The notes below the pieces were generated by a model. It made no database searches. It was given only the letters and a program-made list of their open reading frames with translations, and had not been told where the DNA came from. The position numbers and the translations under genes are program-made. Positions 11,747 to 24,896 of a DNA stretch of 64,000 nt are shown here, piece by piece. Numbering within the stretch: position 1 is the first letter of the stretch; every line of letters starts with the position of its first letter. The DNA lies in the NCBI GenBank assembly GCA_977018835.1, contig OZ361257.1, positions 2,790,001 through 2,854,000 on the forward strand, written 5' to 3'. Source of the stretch: Minutocellus sp. GHC0000111 (taxonomy: Eukaryota).

Positions 11747-13351
11747 CTATTTATTAGAAGGATGACGAGCTGAGGGCTCCATCCCCTTGGCCGTTTCGTT
11801 GAAGTCGATCCTAATTCCAGTGTGCAAGTTTTCGTCACCCAACCTTCCAACAAACTCATTGCTACCACCGGCCTTAATCACCAGGCCCATTATCCTCCAG
11901 TACTGAATGAAGGCCGAAGCAATTTTGCAGTTAGGCATGCTATCGTAAACGTCCTCGGCAGTGTCCCAGATCTGGTAGGAAGAAATGACGGAGGTGCCTA
12001 CCATTTTTCGTGCCCATTCCGAGTGCCGCCGGCTCATCGCGGGGAACACGCTCAAGTCAAGGACGTTGGCGTGAGGCATCTGCGGTGCCTGTGGCTGCCA
12101 CGTCCAGCCTTGCTCAGCACAGAAGTTAGTAACAAATTGCGTGAAGGTTCCGTCCTCGTGAGGCCCGGCCTGGTCGCCCTGGACAATAACATGGCAATCT
12201 TCGCATTGCTTGCCCGGACCGACAAGGTTGAGAATCGCTGGGAAAATAGTCTCCTTGAATACGAGGAGCAAAGAGCATTTCGGATCCTTTTTGGTGCCTT
12301 CGTTCGATCCAGTAACGCAACAATCAACAAGAAACGACTCTCCTTTCCGGCGAAGAGGTTCCTTTGGTGTCCCATCGGGGTTGGCATTTGGGCACCGCAT
12401 TGAACCATCAGGCTGTGATGCTGCTTCGTGCTGAGCTCGCTCCGCTATTTTAGGAGCTTGAGCTCGTACCAGTGGCAGTTTTACAACCTCGCACCCACTC
12501 TCAAGAGAACCGTCAAAGACAGCGGCAACAAATGCAATGGCCATGACCTTGTTGATGTGGCTCCTGTGAAAGGCCGCGTAATCTCTCGCTTTTTCACGCC
12601 GATTTCCTCGCAAGCCTTCGCAAAAGCTCGGAGGACGAGACCCCAGAACCATTTCTCATCGCAATGCACGAGGAGAACTCGCTTCTTTCCATTCGGTAAA
12701 TTGCCGTTCTCATCCCGAATGTTCCAGAAATTCCGCACGAGCTGAGCAAAGGCCAGATGCTTAGCTTTTTGAGCCTCCGACAGGCGCGGCACCAGCCGCT
12801 CCTTGTAGAAAGTGAAGGTGTCGAATGACTTGAGCCACCGCTCAATCGTCTTGTGCGAGCACCACAGACCAATGTCCTGCTCCAAACCACGGAACGATCG
12901 CTGAGGATTGCTGGAAAGGGCCGCAACAATGTCGTTCTGTGTGTGCGGCTGCCTTGCCAAGCAAGTGCTGCTCCCGCCTCTTCAGCTCCCACAGCTGCTT
13001 GTCATCGTCGCTGATGGTGTCGTACTCGGTCAGGTACGTTTTGAGCAACTCATTGTCAGCCTCCTTCGATACAGAATCATAGCAGTCTTCCTTTGCCTCT
13101 CTGCACTCATTGATTGCATGCAGGCGCTTAGCAGTGAAGTGCTGCTCAGCCGTCTTGTAATTGTCAATGGTAGACTTTGGCCGAACCGACGAATCCTTGG
13201 GAGCGGGGGTGACAAATGCAAGCTCGGCCTGATCTGCTGGTATGCCCCGGGCAATGGCATTCTTCCGAGACTCGTTCTGGATGTCTCGCAGCCCATTCTT
13301 ACCCTTCCTTCCCCCACGCTCTGCAGAGCTCACGAGCAGTGACCCTCCCAT
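11747..13351 (-). pseudogene. Frameshifted Tc1/mariner transposase, DD38D
   Basis: HTH-like RSFRGLEQDIG..CSHKTIERWL, then VHCDEKWF, VQGDQAGPH and QAPQMPHANVLDL, with 38 residues between the second and third Asp. Frameshifts near 12590 and 12960 are present in both copies. Confidence 0.88.
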
Positions 13352-13888
13352 CCGACTGAAACTTCTGCGATGAACTGTTCCTACTTGAGTGCTGCGTCCC
13401 TCCGGTGCTCTTCAAATGCACTTCCAGAAGCAATCCCTGGGCAAAAAGCATGCTCTTGTCCTCGTCGTTCAATCCCTTCTTGCCTTTGGTTGCTCGATTC
13501 GCCTCCTTTCGAAGATGTCCCGGAGATTTTACGAGTGAAATTGGACGACGGACGGACCAAATTTTTGTTAGTGTACGTACACGGGTCAACCCCCATAGCT
13601 GCTGCGCGGAGTGGCGGCGCCATGCGCGGGCGAACATTTCTTCCGGGTTCTGTTCCGCTCCGGACTGAAACGAGCAACACGGCAAAAGGGAAAGACACAT
13701 GTGCCTGGGGTCTGGACGGAGTGACGTTTCCCTGTCCTGGCTCACGGAAAAGTCCTGCTCTAGACTAGTATCGGGGTCAATGTAGTAGGTCGTCCGGGGA
13801 TGCGGTACCAGCATCACTGCCTAGCTAGCAGATCACACGAAGACAAGCCAGACTCGTCTTCTTCTTCTCATGCCTGCCCGTGCGTAAA

Positions 13889-13975
13889 CATTGTACCAAA
13901 GTAATTTTATTGCTGATTACTGCTTAGAAGGATGTTGTAGACCATAATCAACAATAAAATTACTTTGGTACAATG
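13889..13975. repeat. AT-rich inverted repeat: 31-bp arms, 1 mismatch, 25-nt spacer
   Basis: cattgtaccaaagtaattttattgctgatta pairs with taatcaacaataaaattactttggtacaatg. Confidence 0.92.
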
Positions 13976-15597
13976 GTCTCGGTGCTCTTTTAGCACATGA
14001 TATAGATACGGTATTAGAGTGTTTCTTTTGGTACACTATTGTTTGAAAATTTATTTTTATGTCGTAGAATGGACTTGTGCTGCTTCAAGAAAGAAAAAAT
14101 ACATCAAACTTTATAACGAAACAAAACCCATTTCGTTCAACGAATGGGGCCACAACATGTGTCGCCGACGTGCCTCCCATTGAGAACAATCAAGACTACG
14201 GGGCACCATACCCTTGCAATAGCCTTTCACAACACTGTGGTGCAGCAGGAGACTTGCGATTACTTTTTTGAGCCTTGAAAAATTCGTTCGCGTTAGACCC
14301 GATTTTTTCGACAGTTTCCGACGTTCCATCACGACCATGTTCGCCCGATGTACAGCACCACGCCGGCCATCGCATACACTCTGACCACCTAGATGCCTTC
14401 CTGAATATTACTGGAAGGGATTTTTGGGCGATAGCGGTGCGTCGGTGCGTGCCTGTACTGCGAAATGTGGCCCAGCGCCATTACCACCCCCATTACACCA
14501 CCCACCCGAAAGTTGGTCCGGATGCTTTTATGCGGTCCATGCACCACTTCCGTTGCACTGAGCCGTCGACGCTTCACCCATATATATACCAAGCGCATTT
14601 GAGTGGGGGGTGGTGGCATTTCTTGACAATTCATAGAGAAAACTATTCCCAAAGTCCCGTGTCTGATGTCGGCACCAGATTTCACCTTCATTGCTTCTGC
14701 CGCCCGAGAGGAACGAAACCGGAGAAAGCGGCCAAACCAACAAGTGAGATCGATGGATGTAATATAGAATGAGCATCGTGCGTGCTGATATTGCGTGAAG
14801 GAACAGTGGTTGAGGCTTGAAGGGGGTTGTAGTTGGGGATTCGCTACTTTCAGATGTTTTTGCTTTCCATGGTGACGGCCACAATGATACAAAGATGGGG
14901 CCCAATATCGACCCTCTGGCGCAAACTTGCTCCCAATATTACCCAAGTGAAAGTAATGCCGGTCAGGGAGGATTGAAATGGATGTAGACAAGCATCAGCC
15001 ATCATTCTTTGCCATTTTGAGGGTAAAAACATATTGAAAATTTCTGGGCATGAGGAGATGTTGCTAAAATAGCACATGATGTACGAATGAGTTTGCTTTC
15101 AAGTATGCAATACTCACCTAACGCATGTAGTTGGCGTATACATCGGTTGGCTTGGAGTTATTTATCGTTATACCATCATTTGGTGGCCTTCTTGTGGAGA
15201 TGAATTCTCCTTGCTTTCGTCGCGTTGAGAAAGGCCATCTAGTGGGTTCATTTTTGCGCTGCATAAAGTATCGCACAAAAAAATTTCTAGTGCCTTACTA
15301 TTTACGGCGATTTTTGTCGGCGGTCTCGTGGAATCACTCAATAAAAACTTTGGTACATGTACCGGTACATGTAGTCTACATTATTGATCTTATCCTCAGA
15401 TGACAATCTGGTAAACGTTTACGTAGATTCTACTGACTATACATGTAATAGAATAGAATAGAATGTACCGGTAGATCTACATGTGTACATGTGTACCGGA
15501 ATAGGTACCGGTAGTCCGGGGCTCAATGAGCCCCTGCGGTAGTGATAATAAAATGCTGGTGTAATTCTGGAATTTCTAATTCTTACTTGTATTCTTC

Positions 15598-18500
15598 TTA
15601 TCTTCTCGTTGATGGAATTCTCACAACGAATCTGTCATCGATGTCCCAGTCCGAGACAGGAAAGTGCCATGCCATTCCTCCGTCTGGACAGGGATTGCCT
15701 TGAATCTCTCTACTAAAAAAGTCGGGGGTAGAGAACCCAATGGATCTATCGACACATTCGTTTCCAACAAAGGCCGTAAAGTTGTAGTTGACAATGTGGG
15801 AGCTGTACCATCGTCGAAAGAGCCGTGGCTCCAGCATTTCCAGCTTGTGGTCGCGCATCTGATCATTACTTACTAGCATTGGTCGCGTGCCGGGCCAACG
15901 TCCGTCCTCGTTCTGTGGTGATACATCAATGTTGGCACCGTTGCGTGAAGCAATCTGATCCGAGACCGAAGCAATCATCCAGTAATAGTCATCCAACAAC
16001 CTCGGCGGGACGCGATAGAGCATTCCTTTCTCAATCAGACTGCATTATAAAGGAAGAGGAACGAAATGAGGTAGGTACCCTGTTAGAGACTCTTAAAACG
16101 AAAGGTCCAACGCGACCGCAAATCTAACGATGGAAAAAGTCACTTACCCATCTCGAATATTAATTTCCTCGTCGGTGAGACGCTGCAACTCTCCAGCGAA
16201 TCCGGTATTGATTTTAAACGAATCAAAGCCATATTTATAGGGCAATACGACCAGAGGATTCTCCTTCAGCTTGATCAAAGCATCGACCACAAATTGGATT
16301 TGATGATAGTTGAACCTGCCCTGGTCAAAGTTTTGCATGTAATATGCTGCATTTGCACCGTCAACGATGGCAGTGAATGGTTCTCCGGTTCGAGTGCTTT
16401 CGTTCAAGATGTCATGGCAATTGTCGTGTCATTACAAGAGAGAGAGAGAGAAAATTGAACAAAGGCACGAAAAATGGCCCATCGGTGAGTGACGACTAGC
16501 GCATACAGAGGGAAAAATCGGCAAAGCAAAGGGGGGAACAAAATGATACTCACTCGAGCCAATCTGCAAAGCGACTCATTTCTTCAACGGCCCGCCGAGC
16601 GTCTTCCTTCTCCTTTTGTTTGTTGCCTCTAGCAAATTTGGCAGTTTCAGAAGCGGCGAGCTTCGCTAGGCTTGCTCTCAGCTGCTTTCTCTGCTCTTCA
16701 TCCAGCATAACTAGTCTCAGCCTTGCCTTCGTCCTTGGACAGACGCCGGTTTCGTGATCTACAGAGATCCGACTTGCAACGACTTCATCATGTTCAGCGA
16801 CATCATTGAAAACACGCATTCCAGCCAGCGAATGCATCTCCTGTAAATTTCGCCCTTCGTGTTGATCCTTGAATCCAATAGCAAGAGCATTATACATCTT
16901 CCTTGCAGAGGCGGCAGTTATCTCCATGATATCTTCTGCCATTTCTGTTACAAGCTCATCGAACAATCCCAGGCCACTTGTCTGGGAATAGCCAAGGTCA
17001 GTGGCAATGTCAATCGGCTCCGCATCTTCGCGGAAGCAGCCGTTCTCCGCAAGGGCTGATATCAGCATTACATAATTCTCTGGCTCCAAATGAACTGTTT
17101 CTGTGTTCCTCATCCGCTTAAAGAGTTTGAGAGCCGAGCTCACCTCCCCACTTTGGCAATACAGGCTCAATATTGGAAGATAAGAACGAAGTCGGACGAC
17201 CGTACCTTCTTTGGACGCAAATATTTCCAACAATTGTTCCGCTCCCTGAGCATCGCCCTTGGATATTAAGCCTTTTACACGAAGCGAGGTGCTATTGTCA
17301 GTCGGCTCGTAGAGCATGTCGTGCCAAAGAGCAACTTCATCTTGGATATTCACACCATCATCTTTCTCCTCCTCCTCCTTTTCTTCAATAGCATCATCCT
17401 TGTTAGCACTCTCAGCGTCGTCCATACGTGTACCCGAAATACCACAAAAAAGCGAGCTGATTGAAGAAAACTTACTTCCCCCTCTGTGACTGTCTCTCCT
17501 CGCAAATGTAGAGAGCACTGATCCGCCGGTACTTACAACGTACAATATAGTGCTCATCAGGTCTTTGTGAGGCATCATTCCAGATTCCTTTATCTTTTCC
17601 CACATGACTTCCACAGGGGCCGCCCTGGCACGTTTGGCGCAATTGGTCGCCAAGACCTGCACAGCTTTCTCAGCAACTTCATATTGCTCGAGCGTTAGGC
17701 AGTCTCTTCGAGAAAAGATGCTCTCTGCTTTTCTAGTTCGCTCCGGAACCGATGCCCAAATGATTCTTCCTGTCCGTCGCTCATGCCGCACGGCGCTACT
17801 GGTTCTGAACTGCAGGCCTGTCTAAGCGTTGGCAAATCATATGGGATAGTTCTCTGATTATTCAAAAGCCATTTGTAGACAGGACGGAGGAATTCTTGCT
17901 TCTCATCTTCTGTGGTATTCTTCATGCCCCTAGTCCTCATTTGAACAAATCTTTCTCTCTCAAGTTCTTCTCGCATGAGAGTTTCGTACTGCTCGAATGT
18001 TTCCTTGTCGTAAGCATTTGGATTCACAGGTTCCGGTTCGAAATTGGCACCATCGTCTGTTGTATCGAATATCGACCGGACTCTTTCATTTGGCGGCGCA
18101 AGATTATAGTCTCCGGAAAAAATGGAAGCGCTGGTGCTACTGGGGCCGTCGATGCTGCTAGAAGTACCTCTGCCTCTGTCGCCATTGGTAGAAAATTCGT
18201 CTCCGCGTCTACTCGCTTCCCTAGGGCCGAATGAGGAACGATCTTGGTCAATATCATTTCGTCGTCCTCCGTCGGGGTCGGGGTAGTTGTCCAGCCTGTC
18301 AAGTAAGTTGGCCAAGGTCGACCCCATCCCACCTCGATTCATACTTGTGCCAATCTTGTCGGCCCGGCGCCTTTCAATCAAGTCATCTACCTCATCAAAG
18401 AAAGAAACGAACTTCTTTTCCCCTTTTGGCCGACTTCCTTCCCTTCCTCTTCTTGAACTCAACCGCCGGCCGTCTCTATCTTGGTTGTAGATGCTGCTCA

Positions 18501-18932
18501 GAGTTGGCCTTTGGTTGTCATTGTTTACAGTTGAGTTGTCATCCTCATCCACCAATAGACTGCTCAATGGTGGCATGGGATTACTCTGAGATCTGGCATC
18601 ATTCTGTCGCTGCCGCTCCCGCTCGTTCCGGGCGGAGGTTTCTCCCCACAGATCAAGAGGGGACTTGCGCACGGACGTTTCATCCGTCGTGGGTCTACTC
18701 CGATATCTATAGTCGACACCATCGTCCGCAGTTGCAGCAGCCACGTCCTCCCCATTCCTCATGGCTCGCAACGCAGCAGCACTGTCCCGTGGGGTGTGAT
18801 CGTCACCATCATCAAAAATGGACGAGGAAAATACTCGTGTTGTCAGAAGCACTTCTGGCTCGCTAGATGACCAGCAGACAAACGTGATCACAGCACCCGA
18901 GATGATGGTGCTCTCAAAGGAAGTCTCAACAT
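15598..18932 (-). CDS. PRORP: Proteinaceous RNase P (PPR + NYN), 3 exons; apparent 1-nt frameshifts near 17700 and 18865
   Basis: AIVDGAN, DDYYW, VSNDQMRDH, WHFP motifs. Indels against the intact copy may be sequencing errors. Confidence 0.8.
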
Positions 18933-19288
18933 GTCGTCCGATACACTGCGTCAATAGTACGCCCAATGCACCAGCATACACCCAAGCTATCTGGTTGGCA
19001 GATTTGTTGATTTGTTTTACGCACGGACGGACGGCGACGACGCGGCGGCTCCCCCGCACTCCATTATTTTTTAGTCGAATAAGTCAAGTAAGCAAATCAG
19101 TTGGTCTAAGCGCAAGAACAGCGCAAGGAAAAACATGTGACGCACCACAGTACGTGTTGCAGATGGTGCGTCGTCGCTCAACGAAGTGCTTGTTCTCGCT
19201 TTGCTCACATCATATTCTTTCCCGGACCTTCTCCCTTCCGCTACGTTACTGGCTAGACTAGAGCTATTAGCTGCAACAATAGGAAACC

Positions 19289-20869
19289 ATGACCGAAACA
19301 TCTGGATTCGACGTCGTAAGTTGCCTGCTCCTGTATTTCTCTGCGGCCCTTATCCTACCGGTCGGTGATGTGCCGATGTATCGGTTTTCACGGAAAATCT
19401 TTCTTGGATTCTTCTTTTTGTATGATGTGGTGTGGAACAAAGAGTCTTTGTGGGAGAGAAATGACTTTCTTGTCGCTGAGAGGCTATGGAGATGGTCCGT
19501 TTGCGCCAACTAAATGTCCAATGAGCACCAACTTGGTTGATACAAATCAACACTTGCGCTTGTTCTTTCACAGCGACGAATTGGAATGGATCGGAATAAT
19601 CGGACGCTAAAGAACAATGCCCTCTATTCCGAGATTCACCATTCCTGCATTTCTTGGCGATCCGATGGACCGTTCATCTTTCTCCGTATACACTTCAACT
19701 ATTTATTCTCAATGCACTATACTGATACTATATAATTTCCTCTTGTATTTTTCTGTCCGAACGCTCCCAATGATGTGTTGTATTGACTTTGCCAATGCCA
19801 ATGCCAAATTAATGTCCATGAATCAACTTCCGCGGTACCATTTCTCAACGGATGGCGATGACAGGACGCCCCGACCCTCAATCGGTTCGTAATGGCCAAC
19901 ACTCGTGATCACGAGCTTGTGATCCTTGTCAACGCTATCGGTACCTCCTGCAAGCTCATTGCCTCGGCCGTCAAGCGGGCAGGTGTTGCTCAGCTCTATG
20001 GCCTTGCAGGTGAGGGGAACAGTACCGGCGATGACCAGAAGAAGCTCGACGTTATGTCCGATGACATGACGATCAACGCCCTTGTCAACTCTGGAGTTTG
20101 CTCCGTCCTCGTTTCTGAAGAGAAGGAGGAGCCCATCATCGTCCCCAAGGAGAAGGCTGGCAAGTTCTGCGTCGCCTTCGATCCTCTCGACGGATCCAGT
20201 AACATTGACTGCAACGTCTCGGTCGGTACCATTTTCAGTGTTTTCGAAAAGAAGGAAGGATCCGAGGGAACCGTCGATGATCTTCTCCGGTCTGGGGCTG
20301 AATGCGTCTGCGCTGGTTACTGTGTCTACAGTTCTGCCGTCGAGCTTGTCTTCACCTTCCAGGGCGGCGGAGTCCACGGCTTCTGCCTCGACCCCGCCAT
20401 CGGTGAGTTCATCCACACTCGTGTCAACATGCAGTTCCCCAAGGATGGCGGCAAGACCATCTTCGCATGCAACGAGGGCAACTCCAACTACTGGGACGAG
20501 CCCATCAAAAAGTCCATTGCCATCTTCAAGGAGGGTCCCAAGCCTTACTCTGCCCGCTACGTCGGTTCGATGGTTGCCGATATCCACCGCACCCTCCTCT
20601 ACGGAGGCATTTTCCTCTACCCGGCCGACAATAAGTCCCCCAAGGGCAAGCTTCGCTGTCTGTACGAGGGCATTCCCGTGGCCATGATTACCGAGCAGGC
20701 TGGCGGCATTGCCTCTGCGGGTATGTTTGAGGGCAAGATCCAGCGAGTCCTTGACATTGTTCCTGATGCCATCCACTGCAAGTGCCCCATTATCATGGGT
20801 GGTAAGCGTGATGTTCAGATCGTTTACGATCAGTACAAGGCCGCTGGTATTGAGACCCCTGAGCTCTAA
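19289..20869 (+). CDS. FBP: Cytosolic fructose-1,6-bisphosphatase (exons 19289-19315, 19865-20869; 343 aa)
   Basis: Spliced N-terminus MTETSGFDV-DAPTLNRFV; GDDQKKLDV, FDPLDGSSNID, RYVGSMVADIHR, GKLRCLYE; no signal peptide. Confidence 0.95.
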
Positions 20870-21284
20870 GTATTGGTGATATATATCTTTGACTCTTTGT
20901 CGCATTGTGATGACTCGACTCGACTCTACTCTACTCTACTCGGAACTTCTTCCATTCGGCTGTTTTTGGTTTGTCTTTCCCGAGAGGTTGGAAGATTCAG
21001 CAAAAAAAAGATGGGTGCAGGCAAAAGAGAAGGATACATGCCATGATTTGTAAACATCTACTTGCATACTACTACTGCATGAAGCTACGCAGATAATTGG
21101 ATAATTGGCTAATTAAAATTTTTACTACTCTAGTAAGTTTTTTGTTACGTGATATTGAACTGCGATTTTCTCCCATCCGCCTCGTACCGGTTTCATCCCA
21201 CATTCAGAAACCCGGAACAAAACCCGAAATCTCCCGCGCATCGCCCGCCCTCATGCTTTCTCATTTTCAAAAAGGCCAGCCAAG

Positions 21285-23229
21285 ATGAAGCGTTGCGCAT
21301 CCGACATGTCCGAGGACGACTCCACCGGGAACGTCGCTCCCCCCGATGGTGGAGGAAAGAAGGCGGTAAGTTGTGGTTTTCGACGTGCGGTTAAAAGATT
21401 TGCAGATACCATGGTAATCCCATCAATTCATCGTACGGCAAAGAGTGAACGTTCTAACTAATTTTACGTGATCTACCTCCCTAGCCCTCACCATTTTTCG
21501 TTGTATGACTGCAATTGTTCAAATAAATATCGTAACAAGGCTGGAAATGATAGTAATGGCACGTCTGCAAATGGCAGCGCGGGCGCCGGAGCCTCCTGTC
21601 CCGCGGCTGCCGCTCGGGGCACATTGCAATTCCTCCTAAGTCGCAAGTCTGCGTTCGCTAATGAAACGGGTGCCCTACCGATCGGGGAGTTCGAGCCTCT
21701 AGCCCCGTCCGCTGCTGGAGGTGGTCCTCCTGGCGGCAGGGGTCTACACCCCTCGTCCCCTCTATCGACGGCCTGGGTCTTGGTCGTTGGTGCCGGTGGG
21801 TTGGGATGCGAGCTGCTCAAGGACCTGGCCCTTTGTAAGTATTAGAATATTTTTGTTTTTGTGACTCGTTTGTTGGGCTGCGTCGTTCTTGTTGCCATGT
21901 CAACTTTGCAACTGTTACGAGTAAATTCTTACATAGGAATTCCTACTTGTAACCACTACTTTGCTCTTGCGAACTTTTAACTTACTTCACAGCTGGAGTG
22001 CCGAACGTCGATGTTATCGATCTTGATACAATCGACGTTACCAACTTGAACCGACAATTCCTTTTCCGTCAGAAGGTGAGTATCTCTAGAAATGCAATTG
22101 GACCTTCTTTTATTTTCACTTCATAAATCGATCGCTTCCCTCCATACGATCGTACTGCAATACGTACATGTAAAGCTCATTCAAGCCACGGTCTCTTGTC
22201 TCATCTCTCCAGGATGTCGGCTCATCCAAGGCGGAAGTCGCTGCACGATTCATCAATGAACGCTGCCCCTGGATGAAGGTGACCGCTCACCACGGCAAGA
22301 TACAGGACAAAGATCCCTCGTTCTACTCGTCATTTCAATGCATCATCTCTGGGCTGGACAACGTGGAGGCTAGACGATGGCTCAATGCCACGGTTTGTGG
22401 ACTCGTAGAAGTAGACGAAGATGGTGATCCTGATCCGGCTACTATCATTCCCATTATCGATGGAGGCACCGAAGGTTTCTCCGGCCAAGCTCGTGTGATT
22501 CTTCCAAGAGTCACTAGCTGCTTTGAATGCTCGATTGATGCCTTTCCTCCTCAAAAGTCCTTTCCCCTCTGTACCGTCGCCGAGACTCCCAGACTGCCCG
22601 AGCATTGCATTGCTTACGCATTCACGTTGCAATGGCCTCGAGAATTCCCCAATCGCAAGCTGGATACTGATTCTCCCGAAGACATGAAGTGGGTTTATGA
22701 GCAAGCCCTGGCCCGTGCCGAGAAGTACAATATCTCCGGCGTTACGTACATGCTCACGATGGGCGTGGTGAAGAATATCATTCCCGCCGTTGCATCGACG
22801 AATGCCATCGTTGCTGCCGCTTGTGTGAATGAGACTGTCAAGCTTCTCACCTTCTGCTCACAGTCGCTCAACACATACATGATGTATATGGGTTCGCAAG
22901 GAGTTTACTCGCACACGTTCGTTTACGAGCAAAAGGCAGATTGTCCCGTTTGTACCTCCACCGTCCGTAAAATGACCATCGGTGCTCAGACCAGTCTCAA
23001 TGAACTCATGCAGCAGCTGCGTGATGGCGATCTCCGTCTCAAGTCTCCCAGTATCACATCGGGCTCGGGCAAGACGCTGTACATGCAAAAGCCACCTGCT
23101 CTCGAGAAGGCAACGAGGCCCAACCTTGATAAGCCTCTCTCAACCCTAATTGCGAATGGTGAAGAGCTAGCTGTGACGGACCCCATGTTCCCCGATATCA
23201 ATCTCACTCTTTCGATCACATGGGAATAA
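21285..23229 (+). CDS. UBA3: NEDD8-activating enzyme E1 catalytic subunit (4 exons)
   Basis: [33 protein letters not shown], active site [32 protein letters not shown] introns. Confidence 0.93.
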
Positions 23230-23644
23230 TGCCTGTATCTTCTAGTAGCTACGCAGCTAGAGCTAGATAGTCTAGCTAGAGCTAGTTCTAGCTAGAGATA
23301 TTTACTACGTAGTAATGAGAAAAGTTTTCAGAGAATAATGCTCATTATTATAGTAGTATGTTGTAGAACGATCACCTAACTCGCCTACTACGTAGCTAGT
23401 GACATTCTTTGCTGATTTGTGATATGTTTTAGATCTACTTACAATGATGTTTTGGCAAATTGACTTGCCTCTTCATTGTGTTTATACTCATCGAATAGGA
23501 CATCGCACTCTAAACAAACCCGAGAAGGAAAGCGTCGTCCTTACTGCGCTTCTTCTTCAGAAGGCGGTGGAGGACATGTGTGCTGAAATCCGAACCAATC
23601 GAATACCTACGTAAGAAAGACAGGAAGGTCTCAAATCAGAGCAT

Positions 23645-23759
23645 TTACTGAAGGGCGCCAATGATGGGGAGGTCAGCAACCATGCCAATCTCGTTGAGCT
23701 TCTCGTGGACCATGAGGCCGAGGATGCCCATCATGGCGGCACGGCCGTTGTTGAGCTCG

Positions 23760-23794
<35 letters not shown>

Positions 23795-24521
23795 GGAATC
23801 CCAGCCGAAGTCGAGGGCACCGTTGCGGAAATCGCCGGGGAACTCAGCCTCGCCAGTGACGTCCTTCATGACACCGAGCTCAAGGAAGCCAACGAAGAGG
23901 AAGATCTGGATCAGACCAGCCTGGGGGATGGCGTTGGGGCCGAAGACGGCGGCGAGACCGTTGGGGAAGGAGTCGAAGGAGTTTCCAGCCTTGTCGATGG
24001 CTCCATCGAGGTGGATGCCTGCACGGGTGACAATCTGGCCAAGGAAGGCCTGCAAAAAGAAGGTGAAATCATCGTGGCGAGGTGGAATTTTGCGTGAGAT
24101 GAGGCATTCTTGAGAGAATATAGAGGAACCAAAAAAATACTAGTAAATATTCCGATAATTATGGTAATTGCATCAGAGCAATTCTTTGCCATATCTTTGT
24201 GCTTTTTTCAAGGGTGAAGTCCACAATGAAGCATTTTCACAACGAACAACAACTTTTAGCACATGAAAGCAAGTGGGATATTTCGGGGTCACTCACAAGC
24301 TGGCAGATACGGCCGTGCTTGACCTCGACGTAACGGAGGCGGTCGAAGCGCTCCTGGTCGGCATCCTCAAGAAGGCCGAGAGGATCGAAAAAGCCGAGGG
24401 GGGGCTGGGCGCCGAGCTCAGACTCGAAGGCCTTGAGGGCGGTGGAGGAGGCACCCTGCTGGGCAGGAGCAAAGGCCGAGGCGCCGGCGATGAGGGAGGC
24501 AATGGCAGCAAGCTTGAACAT
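23645..24521 (-). CDS. Lhcf: Fucoxanthin-chlorophyll a/c binding protein (Lhcf family), 2 exons
   Basis: MFKLAAIASLIAGASAFAP bipartite targeting; GFFDPLG, EVKHGRICQL, ELNNGRAAMMG. Confidence 0.96.
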
Positions 24522-24896
24522 GGTTGGTTGATTGGATGTTGATGAGAACAAAAGTGAGGATCTCATCAGATCGCGCCAGCCATTTGCTGCATTTGGCACT
24601 GCCGATCTTCGCGCCTCATCGCTTTCAACTTGAGGTACTGGTGGATATACTTCAATATTCAGAGACCCGGAGGTGTTTGCCATGGCAATCGAATGAATCA
24701 TCAACAACGAATCATCATCGAAAGATTCGAAATCGAGCAATGATGGTAGTCTCGAATCATCCATTTCAATCGAATCAATGCCATGGAAATCATCAATCCG
24801 TCGTAGATTGCAACATGCATGTACGTGTAGAGTCTACATGGAAACAGCGTTGCCACGTAGGACCGGATGCGGAACTATTTGCTATTTAATAAGTCT

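Larger units (their letters stand above)
10315..13700 (-). mobile_element. Tc1/mariner-like element: candidate terminus TA|CGAGGTCC at 10313-10322, convergent unknown ORF and transposase
   Basis: Transposase motifs (see below) and a TA-preceded, mariner-like end. The matching opposite TIR was not found, so the right boundary is approximate. Confidence 0.5.

Noticed and set aside
12580..12965. Programmed frameshifting in the transposase
   Set aside because: Two separate shifts plus other signs of decay; simple pseudogenisation is more parsimonious.
7500..15400. TE island as the recombination site that generated the 33-kb array
   Set aside because: A better breakpoint candidate, two 5'-truncated genes, lies at ~25380/58343; the island appears internal to the unit.
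15518..15534. GGGGCTCA-A-TGAGCCCC resembling the RNase MRP 3' P4 strand next to PRORP
   Set aside because: No GAAAGTCCCC partner at a suitable distance on either strand; it is just a 17-bp palindrome.
19823..20905. 360-aa antisense ORF over FBPase (and similar ORFs over Lhcf, RPS23 and GlpT)
   Set aside because: Shadow ORFs caused by strong codon bias in highly expressed genes.
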